64,000 bases of DNA from NCBI GenBank assembly GCA_021613535.1, contig CP075496.1, positions 1 through 64,000 on the forward strand. Reading direction: 5' to 3'. Made by a program: the position numbers and the translations under genes. Below, piece by piece: positions 11,578 to 24,696 of this stretch. How positions within the stretch are numbered: position 1 is the first letter of the stretch; each line of letters opens with the position of its first letter. Origin of the DNA: Adineta vaga. Taxonomy: Eukaryota; Animalia; Rotifera. The notes below the pieces were generated by a model. The model saw nothing but the letters and a program-made list of their open reading frames with translations, had not been told where the DNA came from and did not search any database.

Positions 11578-12861
11578 TTACATATAGTTGAATTGGTTGC
11601 TGAAGATGAATTCATGTTTTAGTTTGTGGTTCAGGATAAAGTTGGCATATTTGACCATGTGTAATCGACGAGCTTCAATTGCTTTTAATGCAGCTTTATT
11701 ATGTTTAATTTCGGATCTAGTAGGATCTTCCTTTGGTGAACCTATGTCTTGCTGATATTGAATTGTTTCTGCTAATTTGCTCTTCTGTTTATGATTTTCT
11801 TCGATTTCTTTGAAGATAATATCTCTTTTGAGAGTTTGCAATCGGTTCATTTCGTCTGAGATAACGTCACTAGCTATTTCATTGACTGTTACATCATCTT
11901 GTGTACGTTTTATAAAGTAATCGATGTCATTTAATGTACGATGGATCGAATTAGGTGACAAACATGGTTGTAATGAATTAAGACGATATTGCAACAAAGC
12001 CGTTTCTCCTGCTATTTTCACTTGTGTAATTGTCATATCCCAAATACGTTCAGCTGCACGGGTCTAAAATCAAATCAAATCAAATTAAATTAAATACATA
12101 GAAACATGAAATACAATAAAGTTTATAGATAAATGTCTTACATATGTACTTTTTCGTTTTATCTTGAGAAACTGTTGAAGTAATTCATGATCGGTAACAT
12201 CCAACTTTAAGCAGGCCTGTTTGAATTCAAATTCATCTCGTAATATTTTTTGTTTTTCTTCAACAAATGTAAGAATAGTAATGAAAATTCTGTATCTGTA
12301 ATAATCTACGTCGTTGTCACCTTCATAATCCGGAAACTTTGCATATTCGAAATCATCAATTGCATTTCTACCCTTTTCTTCATAGTATTGGATTCGTGCG
12401 AGATATTTTTCAATAGCTGCTTTAGATCGACCATATGTTTGACAAATTGAGTACTTCTTTGCCAGATATTTTGTTACTTGACCATTCCAAATATTTTCCA
12501 TTTTACCAAGATGATAATAATATTCCCAATGTTTTCTTTGTAGTTTCAGAAAAGAAAAGTGATCCAGTAATTTTGTATATTGACGAATACATTTTATTTT
12601 CTCGTCTTCATATACACGCCAATCAGTAGATTCATGTTTATCAAAAGCATCGAATATTAAGTCCAAGAATACTGAATCAGGTATTGAATCATAGTTATAG
12701 AAGTAGTCCATGATTATCGAAGGTATTGACGTAGAATCATTTGATTTGCTTTTCTTTTTCTTTGTTTTGTTGACTAATGTTGATGAATCGACGATAATTT
12801 CACTTACATATGACGAAGTCGACTCGTGATCATCTTGAAACGAAGCGTCGTTTATATTCAT
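11578..12861 (-). CDS. Stand-alone coiled-coil ORF (Athena ORF1-like), 2 exons
   Basis: ATG at 12861, intron 12064-12141; helical; shares W..Y..LG...W and E..LL..R features with the other CC ORFs. Confidence 0.7.
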
Positions 12862-12940
12862 TTGTAATGATAATAAGAATGAGAACAATTTTCAAGTTTA
12901 TCTGAAATAGATGGAAAAATTTTTAAAGAAAAAGTAATTC

Positions 12941-14353
12941 CTAAGAAATAGTTGAACGTTGAACTAAAGTTTGTTGTATTTTATATTTATAGATACATTG
13001 TAGCCGTTCACTTATTATTTGACAACGTTGATCGATTAGTTGAACCATCGTTTGAGATATGTTTTGATTACTATCACCTGCGTGATAATTAGACCACATA
13101 TTTTTCACTAAATCATTATATTTCTTTGTATATTCTTCTTTTTCCTCTTCCATTGAGTTCATATAAATCTGGAATAATTTTGTTTGTGATTGCAAAGCAA
13201 TCTCTTTGTATCGATTTGAAAGATATTCTCGTTTGTCAACATTTTGAATTGAATTAATTAATTCTGATTGAGCTATGGGTGTTTTTTCAAATGATTGACT
13301 TGGTAAATTGTAATAGATGATTTGTTGGTTCACTAAATGATATTCTTGTTCTATAAATTCTTGTGCATATTTCGTCTGACATAATTCTTTCATGAGTAGA
13401 ACCTAGAATGTAATATAGATAAAACTAACAAAATAATTTTAAAGAGTAGTAATTTACTCGCCTGGTATTCATTTGGATTATGTCGAAAGTATTCCAATTT
13501 CAATGCTCGAATTTGATAATCGTAATGGAGAAGTTCAATTTGATGTTCGATATCACTACGAAAGGTTTGTAGATTCTTTTCAATATATACTTCAATCAAA
13601 TTTTGGATTGTAAAGGAATAACCAGGATAATGATTGGCTTTTGTGTTCATTGCACATTGATATGCTTTCAATTGACAATCCAGTTTATGTATGTGTTTAT
13701 TAACAAAATTATATTGAACTCTTTTTTCTTCAGTTTTATCTATATTTTTCATTGGTACCATTGATTTGACTTGTGTTGGCCACATTGAGAAATTCATAGC
13801 ACAGATAGATTCTGTTTGTTGTATCTGAGGAAAAAGTTGTCCTGTACCAGATTTAAACAAAGATGTCCAGAGATAATGATATGTTTGAATGATCATTATT
13901 TTGTAAATTAGGATAATAATTTCGATTAATTTGTCTTTATCATTACTTGGAATCATTTGGATAGTTGTCGATTGTATTTGATTGAGTAGTTGTTGAAAAG
14001 GTGTATGCTGTTCCATTAGATATCTGGGGATTTCATTATTTTAGTCTTCTGATCTGCTATTGAGAATTTTTTGTGAGCAGTTGTTAAATGCATTGACATT
14101 TGTTTAATTGGCTAAAAATAGAGAGATATGTATGTTTTTTAAATCATGAAATGTGTTCAAATAGAGTGACCTGCACTTGTTCTATCTGCTTTTCTGTTGT
14201 AGTAGAAGTTTTAATATTCCATGGAAGATCAATTGCCATTTTTTCGAATACCATCATCGTATTGCATTCATCCATATTTGCAACAGTACTTGTCATTGTA
14301 GTACGATGTGCCAATAAAGGTGATCCAGTGAGGGTACGATTAGGTTTCTCCAT
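12941..14353 (-). CDS. Stand-alone coiled-coil ORF (Athena ORF1-like), 3 exons, probably frameshifted near 14030-14100
   Basis: LWTSLFKSGTGQL...MWP motif shared with the CC ORFs at 21-26 kb; GC-AG intron at 13403-13461. Confidence 0.7.
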
Positions 14354-14809
14354 AATCTTGAGGTTAAATTATTAATCGAGGAAAAAGAATACAAATCTAA
14401 AGACTAAACAAAGATCAAATAAAAGGCTTAGATTAGTTTGTGTTCATGTAAACGTTTTCTATTTAGTTTAATCAATACTAAAAGAAGATTTGATTGCATA
14501 TATGCGGTTTTGTGAACTTCTACTACTTCTGGATTATACTTTGTATCATTTAAGATATGGTAAGAATTCATTGTAGGAACTGATCACTTGAATCACCTAG
14601 AAATAAAATAAACAATTTCAAACTCTCACAGAATTGAAGTATTTGATATAATGATGTTTGTTTGTTTGTTTGTTGAGTAGAAATAAAATATTATCTGGAA
14701 TAAATGACAAAAAATATTATAAGGAGTAAAATAAACTTCTGAATTAGAATATAAACTGATATGATTAATTATAACATATTAAGAGAAGAAAAAATGAAAT
14801 AGAATATAA

Positions 14810-16800
14810 TTAGCAATATTGAATGACTACATTACGACACCAATCACCGCGATCCTTCACTTGTGCTTCGATGATGTCCTTGTTGTTACCATTCTTATTC
14901 CTATTATTATCATCATCATCATCATCATCATCATCGTTGTTGTTGTTGTAATGAAACCGACCGGCTGTATTCAATCTACTATCAGTATGAATAATAAATA
15001 AGGATTTAACAAATCGTCGAACAAAATCAACTGCATCATTTGGTACTAAAGATTTAAATGGAATAGAAGAATGAATATATTACAATATCAACTACTTTGT
15101 GATACTTACAAACAGCAATCACTGCCACATTGAATAAATCGATGGATCCATTTAGTTTGACTTTTGTATCCGACAGGTTTTTAAAATATTGAAACTGTTC
15201 AATACGTTGACGAATTGAAAATGTATAACCTGTTGGTAATGGTGGTATTTGTCGCATACAGGTTCGAACCTGTTCATCGGAACGAGTATTCTGTGTTTTC
15301 TGAATATCATAGCGATTGCGCGAACCAATTGAAGTTGGATTGACATTATCATGTAGAATTAAATGTTTAGGTAAAACATAATTGCGATCGTGTTGCATTG
15401 CTTCGTTGATAGTTACTGGAATAAAACGCCAATAACTTGGATTATATTGTAGAAATAATTGAATAGTCCATGGACATCGAGCAGCATGTTTATATAGAGA
15501 CATGCGATCTTTTCGAATTGATCTATTGGACAAAAGTTGATGATTTAGCAAATTTGTCTGTTAAACAAAAACTATTCTATAAATGACTTACTCAGAATCT
15601 TTCTCTCCCATTCTGGTGAGTTTAACATTTTCTTCACCAATTAAAAATTCATGTATAATTCGATTGAAATGTTGACGATGATCTTTGAAAGAGAGACAGA
15701 GATTAAATAATAAAATAGCTGGTAACTTACAGCATAAACAATCGCCTAATTTTTGACTTGTTTCACCAATATATTCAACGTTATTACAAGGACAAGTCAT
15801 GACATAGATAATGTTTTGTGTTTCACAATCAGCTGGACAATTAAGAATAGCTTCATAACCATTGGTAAAGCGGAACTTTTGACTTGGACCATAACGAATG
15901 TTTGATTGTTGGTGACGATCTGAATTCATCAGTGGTACACATAGTGGACACTTATTGCAAGGAACTAATCCATATCGAACATCTGGTTCATCAATACAGT
16001 AGAGACCTTCACCTGTCGATCGTGGATTAGCAGAACGAAATGAACATGTTTTCATAAAAAAAAGATCAACTATAAACAAATAAAAAAAGGCTAATATAAT
16101 ACAGAAGAAAACTTATTCTTTTACCATCAATCTGTAGATAGAATTCGAATGCATAGAGTTTTTGTTTTGTTGAAAGTTCAAGATTTTCAAGAGAACATCG
16201 ATGATGATAATAACAGTATTCATTAGTAAACATATTATAACAGTTTTTGAAACGAGCTAAATTATGATCCAATACTGATTCATCAACATTGTATTTGTTA
16301 ATTAAATTATTCATTATTTGGCGATAACCATCAACAAAGTAGGATGCAATATCAGAACATTCTGGTTTAATAGTATATACCAGTGGATAGCGATCTGATT
16401 GACGAGATGACACTTGTTTCCGATTGAGTTTATGTTCTCGATATTCAATATATATATATATATATATATATATATTTCGAAAAGAAGAAAACATACTTGG
16501 TACATTAGCCAATAATAATGGTGGTCGATCATCAAAAAATGGAGATGGAAATGCTGGTAAAATACGATATCGATCACTAGATCCTTGTAATGTATGTGGT
16601 AGATACGGTGTCGGTGCCAATACAAAATGTGGTGATGGTGATTGAAGTGGTAATTCATCTATGACAATTGATACGCCCATTAGATCGGTAATCAAAGACG
16701 TCGTAACTGATGGTGATGAAGTTCGATTATTCACTGGCAAGTCATTCTCCTCTGCATCTTGAAGAGATTGTTCAAAGCTTAATGATCGACGAGAAAACAT
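14810..16800 (-). CDS. GIY-YIG-like endonuclease with Cys-rich (Zn) motifs, copy 3, multi-exon
   Basis: CPADCETQNIIYVMTCPCNNVEYIGET; C-terminal exon FVKSLFIIHTDSRLN...WC; paralogous to 28299-29927. Confidence 0.8.
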
Positions 16801-16955
16801 GTGTGTTAATCTAGAATAGATGAAATATGAAGAACTTCTTCTTTTCACTGATACATGCATAATTTCAGAAATGGTTAACTGATTCAATAAAATAAGAAAA
16901 CTGAAAAGAAAAAAAAAAGCATAGAACGAAAGTTTGATTAAAGTTATATAAATAA

Positions 16956-18950
16956 TTATGGTAATCGCCGATGGAAAACGTGAGCACACCATGTATTGCG
17001 TAGAGCTACATTCGGATCACTTTTATCATAGACCAGATTTCCAATTTGATTCAATTTGCATTCAGCATGCGTGACAAATAATGATTCAACGAAGAAGCGA
17101 AATAATTCAGATGATTGATCAGGTACTAGTAGTAAAGAATAGAATTGAAATAGAGATGAATGTGAAGAAGAAAGAATTCTATGTTATGCTTACAAACAGC
17201 AACAATATCTGCATTGTAAAGATCAGGATTTTCACTTGGTACAATACGATCTTTAGCACATTTGAAAAATTGTGCTTGTTGTTGACGTTGTTGCATTGAA
17301 AATGTAAAGCCAATTGGTGGTTTTGGTACATTTTCAATTAAAAAATGAACTTCTTCAGCATCTCGAGTCCATACAGGTTGTTCAGTTACCGATGACCATG
17401 TTTCATTTTCACTTGTTCGACGAAATGGTGAACGTCGATATTCGGCATTGACCAAATTAATTCCCATGAGTCGTATCGGTACCAAGCACCAATAATCAGG
17501 ATTTTCATCCAGGAATAATTGCATAGCGGTTGAACAACGTGTTGAATGTTGATAGAGCCATGATTGATCATTAGCACGTTTTCTATAATAGATTCGGAGA
17601 AAAAGAAGAAGAAGAAAAAGAAGAAGTTTGTACTCAGTAGATTTACGACCATTTGTAAGATGTTCAACATTGATTTCACCAATGAGAAATTCTCGAATAA
17701 TTCGATTACCTTCTTCTCGATGATCTACAATCAAAGAATAGGATAATCTTGAAGATGATAATGTCCTGAGAAGAAGAGAGAGAGAGATGAATCATAACTA
17801 ACATGCTAATGTTGTACTAAATGGTAATGCTGTTTGACCAACAAAATCAAATTGATCACATGGACAAGTTAAGGTATAGATGCAATTTGTTGTTTCACAT
17901 GTTGCTGGACAATTTAGAATAGCTTCATAACTATTGACAAATCGATGAATATGTGGATTCGAAAAAGGAATAATTATGTTTTGTTCTGGATTCGTTGCAA
18001 AACGACGTGGACATGTTGGATGACAACATAGACAATAGCGTTTATTGCATGGTGTAATAGCAAATCGTGCTTCTGGATCAATACCACAGAAGAGACCTTC
18101 ATGAAAACGATTAAACAAAATACGTGGTTCAGCATTATTAAATGAACATGTCTTGAGAAAGAACATATCAACTAGAAATAAGCATATGGAATAATCTCAT
18201 CTAGGACAACTATTTTATTACTTACCATCAGTTTGTAAATAGAATTCCAATGCTAATGACATTTCATTGAAACTTAACATAGTTGGACCATAACCACGTT
18301 GTATAGCAACTTTTTCAATACATTGTTGAAGCCGTTTTAAATTAAAATCAATAATTGACGGGTCGATTTTTAACCGTTTTCTTGTATTGACATAGACAGT
18401 TCGATGGAAATCCCACATATATGAATTGTGAACACATGTTGAAAGAATATTTTGATTTGCTTGAATCTGTGTATCCACTGTCAATTTGAATAGTGGAAGA
18501 TATGCACTATGACGAATACGATTAAATTGTTCATCTGTTAATCGTTCGACTAGTCAATAAAAACACAGAATTAATTATGAAAATTCAGAATGACTTACTC
18601 CAGACATTGGCTAGTAACAAATGAAGTGTTTCTATATTTGTCATCGTTGTTGCTGTAGATAATGCTGAAGATGATAGTGAAACTGGAGGAAAAACTGGTA
18701 AAACTGATGCACGAGCCAGATTATGTTCACCAAGTGTACGTATTTGATATGGTTCAATAACAGTACCAATTGAATCATTAGCATCAGTCGTATTCATAGG
18801 AGCTAACGTTGGCAAAGTTGGACTATTACGTGCAGTTGCTGTTGGTGAAAGAGGATTCATATAAGCCATATAGAGTTCTTCACTTTCCAAATACATTGCC
18901 AACAATTCATCTGCAATAGTCGCTGTTGTTGATGGCTGTTGTTGGGCCAT
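16956..18950 (-). CDS. GIY-YIG-like endonuclease, copy 2, multi-exon
   Basis: CPATCETTNCIYTLTCPCDQFDFVGQT; last exon FVESLFVTHAECKLN...WC. Confidence 0.8.
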
Positions 18951-19079
18951 AATTGTTTGATTCAATTACAAAATCTACAATTGCAAACAAAAATTAGAAA
19001 GAGAAAAGTGAATCAATTGAATTTAGATGAAAACTTTAAAATAAAAAGCATGCAAACAAACGAGCAAAAAGCAAAATCT

Positions 19080-21017
19080 CTATTGAGCTAAGAGAGTATT
19101 AGATGAATAGCAATGTTTAGTTGTAAGACGAATTTGTAGGCCTGCTTTTTGAAAACTAGGATCTTGATTAAGAATCGTAGACCAAATGTGATAAAATTTC
19201 TGATTAAATTCATATCTTCCGCCCCAATCATATAAATAATAGAATTCAATGGAACGATATTTTTGTTGTTGTTCTTCTCCTAATGTATATTTTTGTTCAT
19301 TGAAATATTGGAAGAATTGAGTACGAAATGAATTGTATTGTGTTCGATTGAGATACAATGAATTTTGAGATGGATAGAATCGCTGAAGAAATTGTTGTTC
19401 AAGATATTCAATAAAATCCAATGAATAACCATTGGCAAGAAATGTTAATTCAATTTGTAGTCGTTCTTCTTGAAAATCAGCTAGAAAAGAACAATAGTGA
19501 ATAGCACGTGCAAGTGCAAATCGAAACCATTGCCGATGAGTAATTCTTGGATGTTTGCTTGCATATGGTAATAGAAAGAATTGTTTATGATTAATATCAT
19601 GATAAACACATGTCATTAAACGTCCATTGACATTTTCAATATATGCATCAAGAAAATGTACATAACTACCACTTGATTCTGTTAATTGTACGTCTGGATG
19701 TTGTTCATTCAATTCAAGAATACATGTACTGAATGAGTCCGTTGAATTGTTCCATGTCAGAATACCTTTTTGATGATATCGTCCATAGAATCCATGATTC
19801 AAACGAACAAGACGAACAAGTGGTAATTGCCAATATTGCAGATAAATATCAATTAATAATTCTATTAAAGGTAAGTTCATTGGACCACCACGACGATATC
19901 GATAGATTTTTTTTCCATCATAGATAAACATATTATTGGATAAAACTAAACCAACTAATTCCATAATGCGAATAACTTTTGATTGATCTTGAGGCTTGGT
20001 AGTATTGAATTGATGATCTAAGAAACGTTTTAATGTATTGAGTAAATCTGTATGTGTTACTCTTGTTGATAAATTATGAATTTCATATGTAATAAAACGT
20101 GTATTTAATGTAAAAGAATCACTTTGTGAAGTAAACTGTTGTAGTTTTTGTATAAAATCAACACCATTAATTAATTTTGTTGATTGAGCAAATTTCTCAA
20201 ATAATGGTCGTAAAAAGTGATCAAGATATGTTGATAATTTGTAGATAGGAGACTTGAGACATGATGAAAGTCTTGGCTTTACTAACGTATTATCATCGGA
20301 CGGTTGTGGTAAAAAATAAAGATATGATAATTTCATTTTTGATGAATCATTAATATGAAATTTTTCTAAATATTCCATCGATATAAGACGTTTCAGTTCC
20401 AATTGATTCAAAGTCATATTGAATGTTTTTATTATTTGATTTAAATGCTGCTCTTCTGAATTCAATTCATCAATAGTATGAATCATTTCATAACAATTCT
20501 GATTATTTTCCATATAATTCAAAGATTTCATTTGGAATTCGATTCGATCACCAAGATAATATGTATTATAGTCATCTGCAGTTCGTTTGAGGATTAGTTG
20601 ATCTTTTTCTAATTGATATTGAATTGATTGAATGACTTCATTTTCATAACGAACTCGTTTTTCAAGTGGAACAGATATAGGTTGTGTAAATGATTTGACA
20701 AATTCTCGTTCGATTTGTCGTCGAAAAGTACTTTGACGTTCACGATCAATAGAATATCGATTGAAAAGTGTTGTTAATTGTCGACGAAGTGGCATAATTT
20801 GTTTGGTAAGAATTTGACCCATTGTTGTTGATGATGTTGATAAGAGATGCATTTGACATGGTATGACATAGCATGGTCCACGATTGAGAAATTGTAGTTG
20901 TTCATAAGATAGATGATGTAATACATTTTGAAACATACTTGGTGAACAATTAATATTGGAGAAAAGGCTCCGACGGTTCAAATCGAGTTTTTGACCGTCG
21001 GAGCATTGACGAAAAAA
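19080..21017 (-). CDS. Catalytically dead Athena RT homolog B (intronless), translated by -1 frameshift from the upstream CC ORF
   Basis: RT-fold motifs are colinear with the active RT, but motif A reads ITYEIHNL and YIDD is replaced by YHQK; long open frame (646 aa). Confidence 0.85.
   Translation of the reverse strand, partial: FFRQCSDGQKLDLNRRSLFSNINCSPSMFQNVLHHLSYEQLQFLNRGPCYVIPCQMHLLSTSSTTMGQILTKQIMPLRRQLTTLFNRYSIDRERQSTFRRQIEREFVKSFTQPISVPLEKRVRYENEVIQSIQYQLEKDQLILKRTADDYNTYYLGDRIEFQMKSLNYMENNQNCYEMIHTIDELNSEEQHLNQIIKTFNMTLNQLELKRLISMEYLEKFHINDSSKMKLSYLYFLPQPSDDNTLVKPRLSSCLKSPIYKLSTYLDHFLRPLFEKFAQSTKLINGVDFIQKLQQFTSQSDSFTLNTRFITYEIHNLSTRVTHTDLLNTLKRFLDHQFNTTKPQDQSKVIRIMELVGLVLSNNMFIYDGKKIYRYRRGGPMNLPLIELLIDIYLQYWQLPLVRLVRLNHGFYGRYHQKGILTWNNSTDSFSTCILELNEQHPDVQLTESSGSYVHFLDAYIENVNGRLMTCVYHDINHKQFFLLPYASKHPRITHRQWFRFALARAIHYCSFLADFQEERLQIELTFLANGYSLDFIEYLEQQFLQRFYPSQNSLYLNRTQYNSFRTQFFQYFNEQKYTLGEEQQQKYRSIEFYYLYDWGGRYEFNQKFYHIWSTILNQDPSFQKAGLQIRLTTKHCYSSNTLLAQ
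20967..21017 (-). promoter_or_regulatory. -1 programmed ribosomal frameshift signal B
   Basis: Slippery T_TTT_TTC, 6-nt spacer, 11-bp hairpin GCTCCGACGGT/ACCGTCGGAGC. Confidence 0.85.
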
Positions 21018-22435
21018 CATACTTTAAGATCATAGAGAGTTTGAAGACGTTCATCAATATTTTTAAAACGTTGTTTCATAATATGGCACATTTGTTCAGT
21101 AAGTTTTCCATCGGCTAAATAAGCACGTTGTCGTTGTTCAAATTGTTTATATTCCATATCAAATCTTTGTGTATACTCTTCCATTTTAGCTTCAGCTGTT
21201 CGAATATGAATTACTAACATGTCAGATTTCGTTCGTTCTAATAATTGTTCATAACGATAGATTAAACGTTGTCGAACATCTTTATCTTGAACCGTTGTTA
21301 ATGTTAATGGTGCTGGTATTCGAACAGTATGAAATAAATCAGAATAATGCTGATGAGCAACACGTTGTTTCAATAGAGCAACTTCCATTGTAGCCGTTTC
21401 TTTATTTAATTTACTTTGAGAAAGATTTTCAAATATTTTAAGCTAGAATTAAGAAAAAGAAAGAGATATCTAGTTAGTAGGAGAAAGAAAAAGTATCGAA
21501 CTTACTTGATCAGCATAGTAAGTTTCATGATGAAAATCAGATACAAACAATCCATCATAATAATCATATTTAATTATTGCAATTTGACTTTCAATGAATA
21601 TTTGATGTAATGCGATTCCATATTCTTGAACATAATTTTTGATTGTTTCATTTATTTCTGATGTAAAACGATAATTCAATTTTACTTTGCAATCATTTAG
21701 TTGACTTTCAAGAGTTCGAGATTGTTTTCGTAGATCAGTCAATTTTTGTGAAACATAATTAGAACATGTTTCATAAGTTATTTGATTGATTTGAGTACTG
21801 TTGTGGTTAGGATCGGCCAATATAATTGATTTCAATTTTTCTGGCCAAATACGAAGTGGTGTCCGTGTCGTTGTATGAAGTATTGTAGACATAGATATTT
21901 GCCATACAGATGGTTCAGTATTAATCAATTGACCTGTACCTGAATGTAAATAAGTTTTCCAAAGTGAAACATGTAAATTGAGTAATGCCAATTGATGTTC
22001 AAGATATGCAACTTGTCGTAAATCTTCTATTGTTAAATTACTTGTATTTGCTTGAAGATATGGATGCATAATTTGTTCAAATGTTTTACTATCATTTAAT
22101 AAATAATCAGGCATTTCATCTGTTGTTGATATGGGTTGAATCAAGTCACTTTTTAATTTTTTCATAATTGATGTTGGTGATGAAGGTGTTAATAATGGAC
22201 GTTTTGTTGTTGTTGTTGCTGTCGTTTGTTCATTTGAAGGCGATAGTTGATTTAATTTCTGTGATAAATGTTGTTCAGTATCATTATTGTCATTATCATC
22301 ATCATCACGATTGTTAGAATTTTTACTAGGATTGGTAAAGTGTTCTAAAAAATCAATATCTAGATCATCTTTTTCATCCAAATCATCACCATAATCATGA
22401 AAGATATCATCGAAACGATTTAATTCGCCTGACAT
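20978..22435 (-). CDS. Coiled-coil ORF B (Athena ORF1-like), 2 exons
   Basis: In-phase intron 21443-21505; ends FFVNAPT overlapping RT-B in the -1 frame. Confidence 0.8.
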
Positions 22436-22661
22436 TTCTTTGTCGAAGTGTTAATTAAAATCTAGAATAAAAAAGAAAGATCAAATGAAAAGAATAACAA
22501 ATAATTTTCTTGATTAAAATGATATATAAGTTGATTATATTTTACTTTGAAAAGAAAAGATTAGAAAAAAAACATGCACAGAAGGTAGAAGCAAGAATCT
22601 AAATAAAAAACAAAACAAAGGATAAGTAATGATTGAGAATAAGATGTTCGAAAACTTACAT

Positions 22662-24696
22662 TTAAGCTTGATTATTGAAATGTTGTTGAACCAAAAGAGT
22701 ATATGATGAATAGCAATGTTTCGAATTTAAAATAATTTTAAAGCCATTTACTTTCACTTTAGGATCTTGATTAATAATTTCAGACCAGAGCTTATGAAAT
22801 TGTGCATTGAATCGGCAACGATTGCCCCAATCATACAAATAATATAAAGAAATCAATCGATGATTTCGAATGAGTTGTTTTTCTTCATCTCGAACCGTTT
22901 TTTGTTGTTGTACATAGCGAAGTAATTGTTGTCGAAGACCTATGAACTGATCTTGATTTAAATGAACATTCGTTTGATTGGTAATTGTATATCGTTTGAA
23001 AAATTTGCGTAGATGATATTCAACAAAATCCAATGAATAACCATTGGCAAGAAATGTTAATTCAATGTATTGTCGTTCTTGTTGAAAATCTTCTAAATGA
23101 GTACAATATTGACCAGCACGTTGTAGAGCATAATGAAACCACTGTCGATGTATTAATCGTGGATGATCATAAGCATAGGGTAATAAAAATAATTGTTTCA
23201 TTGGATCATGATAGACATTTGTGTATAATTGACCATTTTGATTTTCAATATAAGCATTTAAAAAATAAGCACTTTTACCAATAGTTGTTTTTAATTTCAG
23301 TTCAGTTGGTAAAGAAATTTTGATTTTATTGATTACATGTTGTAGTTTTTCTTTTGTACCATTCCAAGTAAAGAAACCCATATTATGATAACGTGCATAG
23401 AATTCGGTTCCAAGACGAATATCTCGAATCAATCGAATTTGCCAACGATGCATATAAATACTACCTAAGACTTCTGCGAATGATAAATTCAATGGACATC
23501 CTTGAAGATATTTATGAAGTTTTTTCTCATAAATAAAATAATTATTTTGTAAAACGATTTTTGCTAATTCTTCAATTGTATCGACTGTAAATTGAGCAAA
23601 TCGACCAGTCAATGTTTGACTGCGTAAGAATTGATTTAAAGCCAATAATAAACTTGAATGGGCAATTTGAGAATAAAGATCAGGAACTTCAAATGTAACA
23701 AAATATGTATTTGCTGTTAGATGATTTGCTTGTTTACAAAAATAAGCCAGTTTTTGTATAAAATCACTACCATCATTCATAACTGTTGCTTGACAACTAC
23801 TTTCTAGCATTGGTCGAATATATTCATCCAGATACATAGATAATGCATAGATTGGACTTTGACGACATGATGAAAGTCTTGCTTGTAATAAAGAGATATC
23901 ACCATTCTAAGTAGAGAAGAAGCAAAATGGAAAGTTAATTTAGGAAAAATAACATTACTTGATTCATTTCTGGTAGAAAATACATGTATGGTAATTCGAA
24001 ATTTGTTTTTTTACCAAGACGAAATTTTTCGAAATATTCTTCTGTAATCATTTTATTTTTATATAATTTTTCGAAATTAGAATCAATTGATTTGATAATT
24101 TCATTGAGTTGTTGTTCTTTTGTAGAATTAATTTCATCGATAACACATAATAATTTATAACGTTTTGAATTTTGAATATAATATTCAGCTAAGTTGTAAA
24201 AATCTTGTGTTGAACCAAGATAATATGTATTATAATCATCTTGGGTTCGTTGTAAGATTAATTGATCCTGTCGAATTTGTTTTTGTATTGATTCAATTAA
24301 TTGTCGTTCGTACAATGTACGTTCTTTAACAGATGATGGTAATGGTACAGAAAATGATTCCAAGAATTCTTTTTCAATCATTTGATTAAAATTCATTTGT
24401 CTTGAAATATCAATTGAATGTTTTTTAAAAACTTTTGCTAATTGATGTCGTAATGATGTCATTTGTTTGAAGACGATTTGATTTAACATTGAATCAGTTG
24501 GAATTAAATGCATTTGACCTGGTGATACATATGTTGGACCACGTTGAAGAAATTGTAATTGTTCATCAGATAAATGATGTTTGGCATTTTGAAACATTGT
24601 TGGTGAATAGAACAGAAAGGATGATTTGTGATTAGAAATAATGCTCCGACGGTGAATCAAATCTAATTCATATCCGTCGGAGCTTTGACGAAAAAA
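22662..24696 (-). CDS. Catalytically dead Athena RT homolog A, 2 exons, reached by -1 frameshift
   Basis: Intron 23907-23958; motif A FVTFEVPDLY; YIDD replaced by YHNM; clearly paralogous to RT-B. Confidence 0.85.
24643..24696 (-). promoter_or_regulatory. -1 programmed ribosomal frameshift signal A
   Basis: Slippery T_TTT_TTC, 6-nt spacer, 10-bp hairpin GCTCCGACGG/CCGTCGGAGC plus an inner TGAAT/ATTCA stem. Confidence 0.85.

Noticed and set aside
16448-16475. (TA)n microsatellites (also ~4700 and ~42550)
   Set aside because: Ordinary simple repeats; this one probably obscures a splice acceptor of GIY-YIG copy 3
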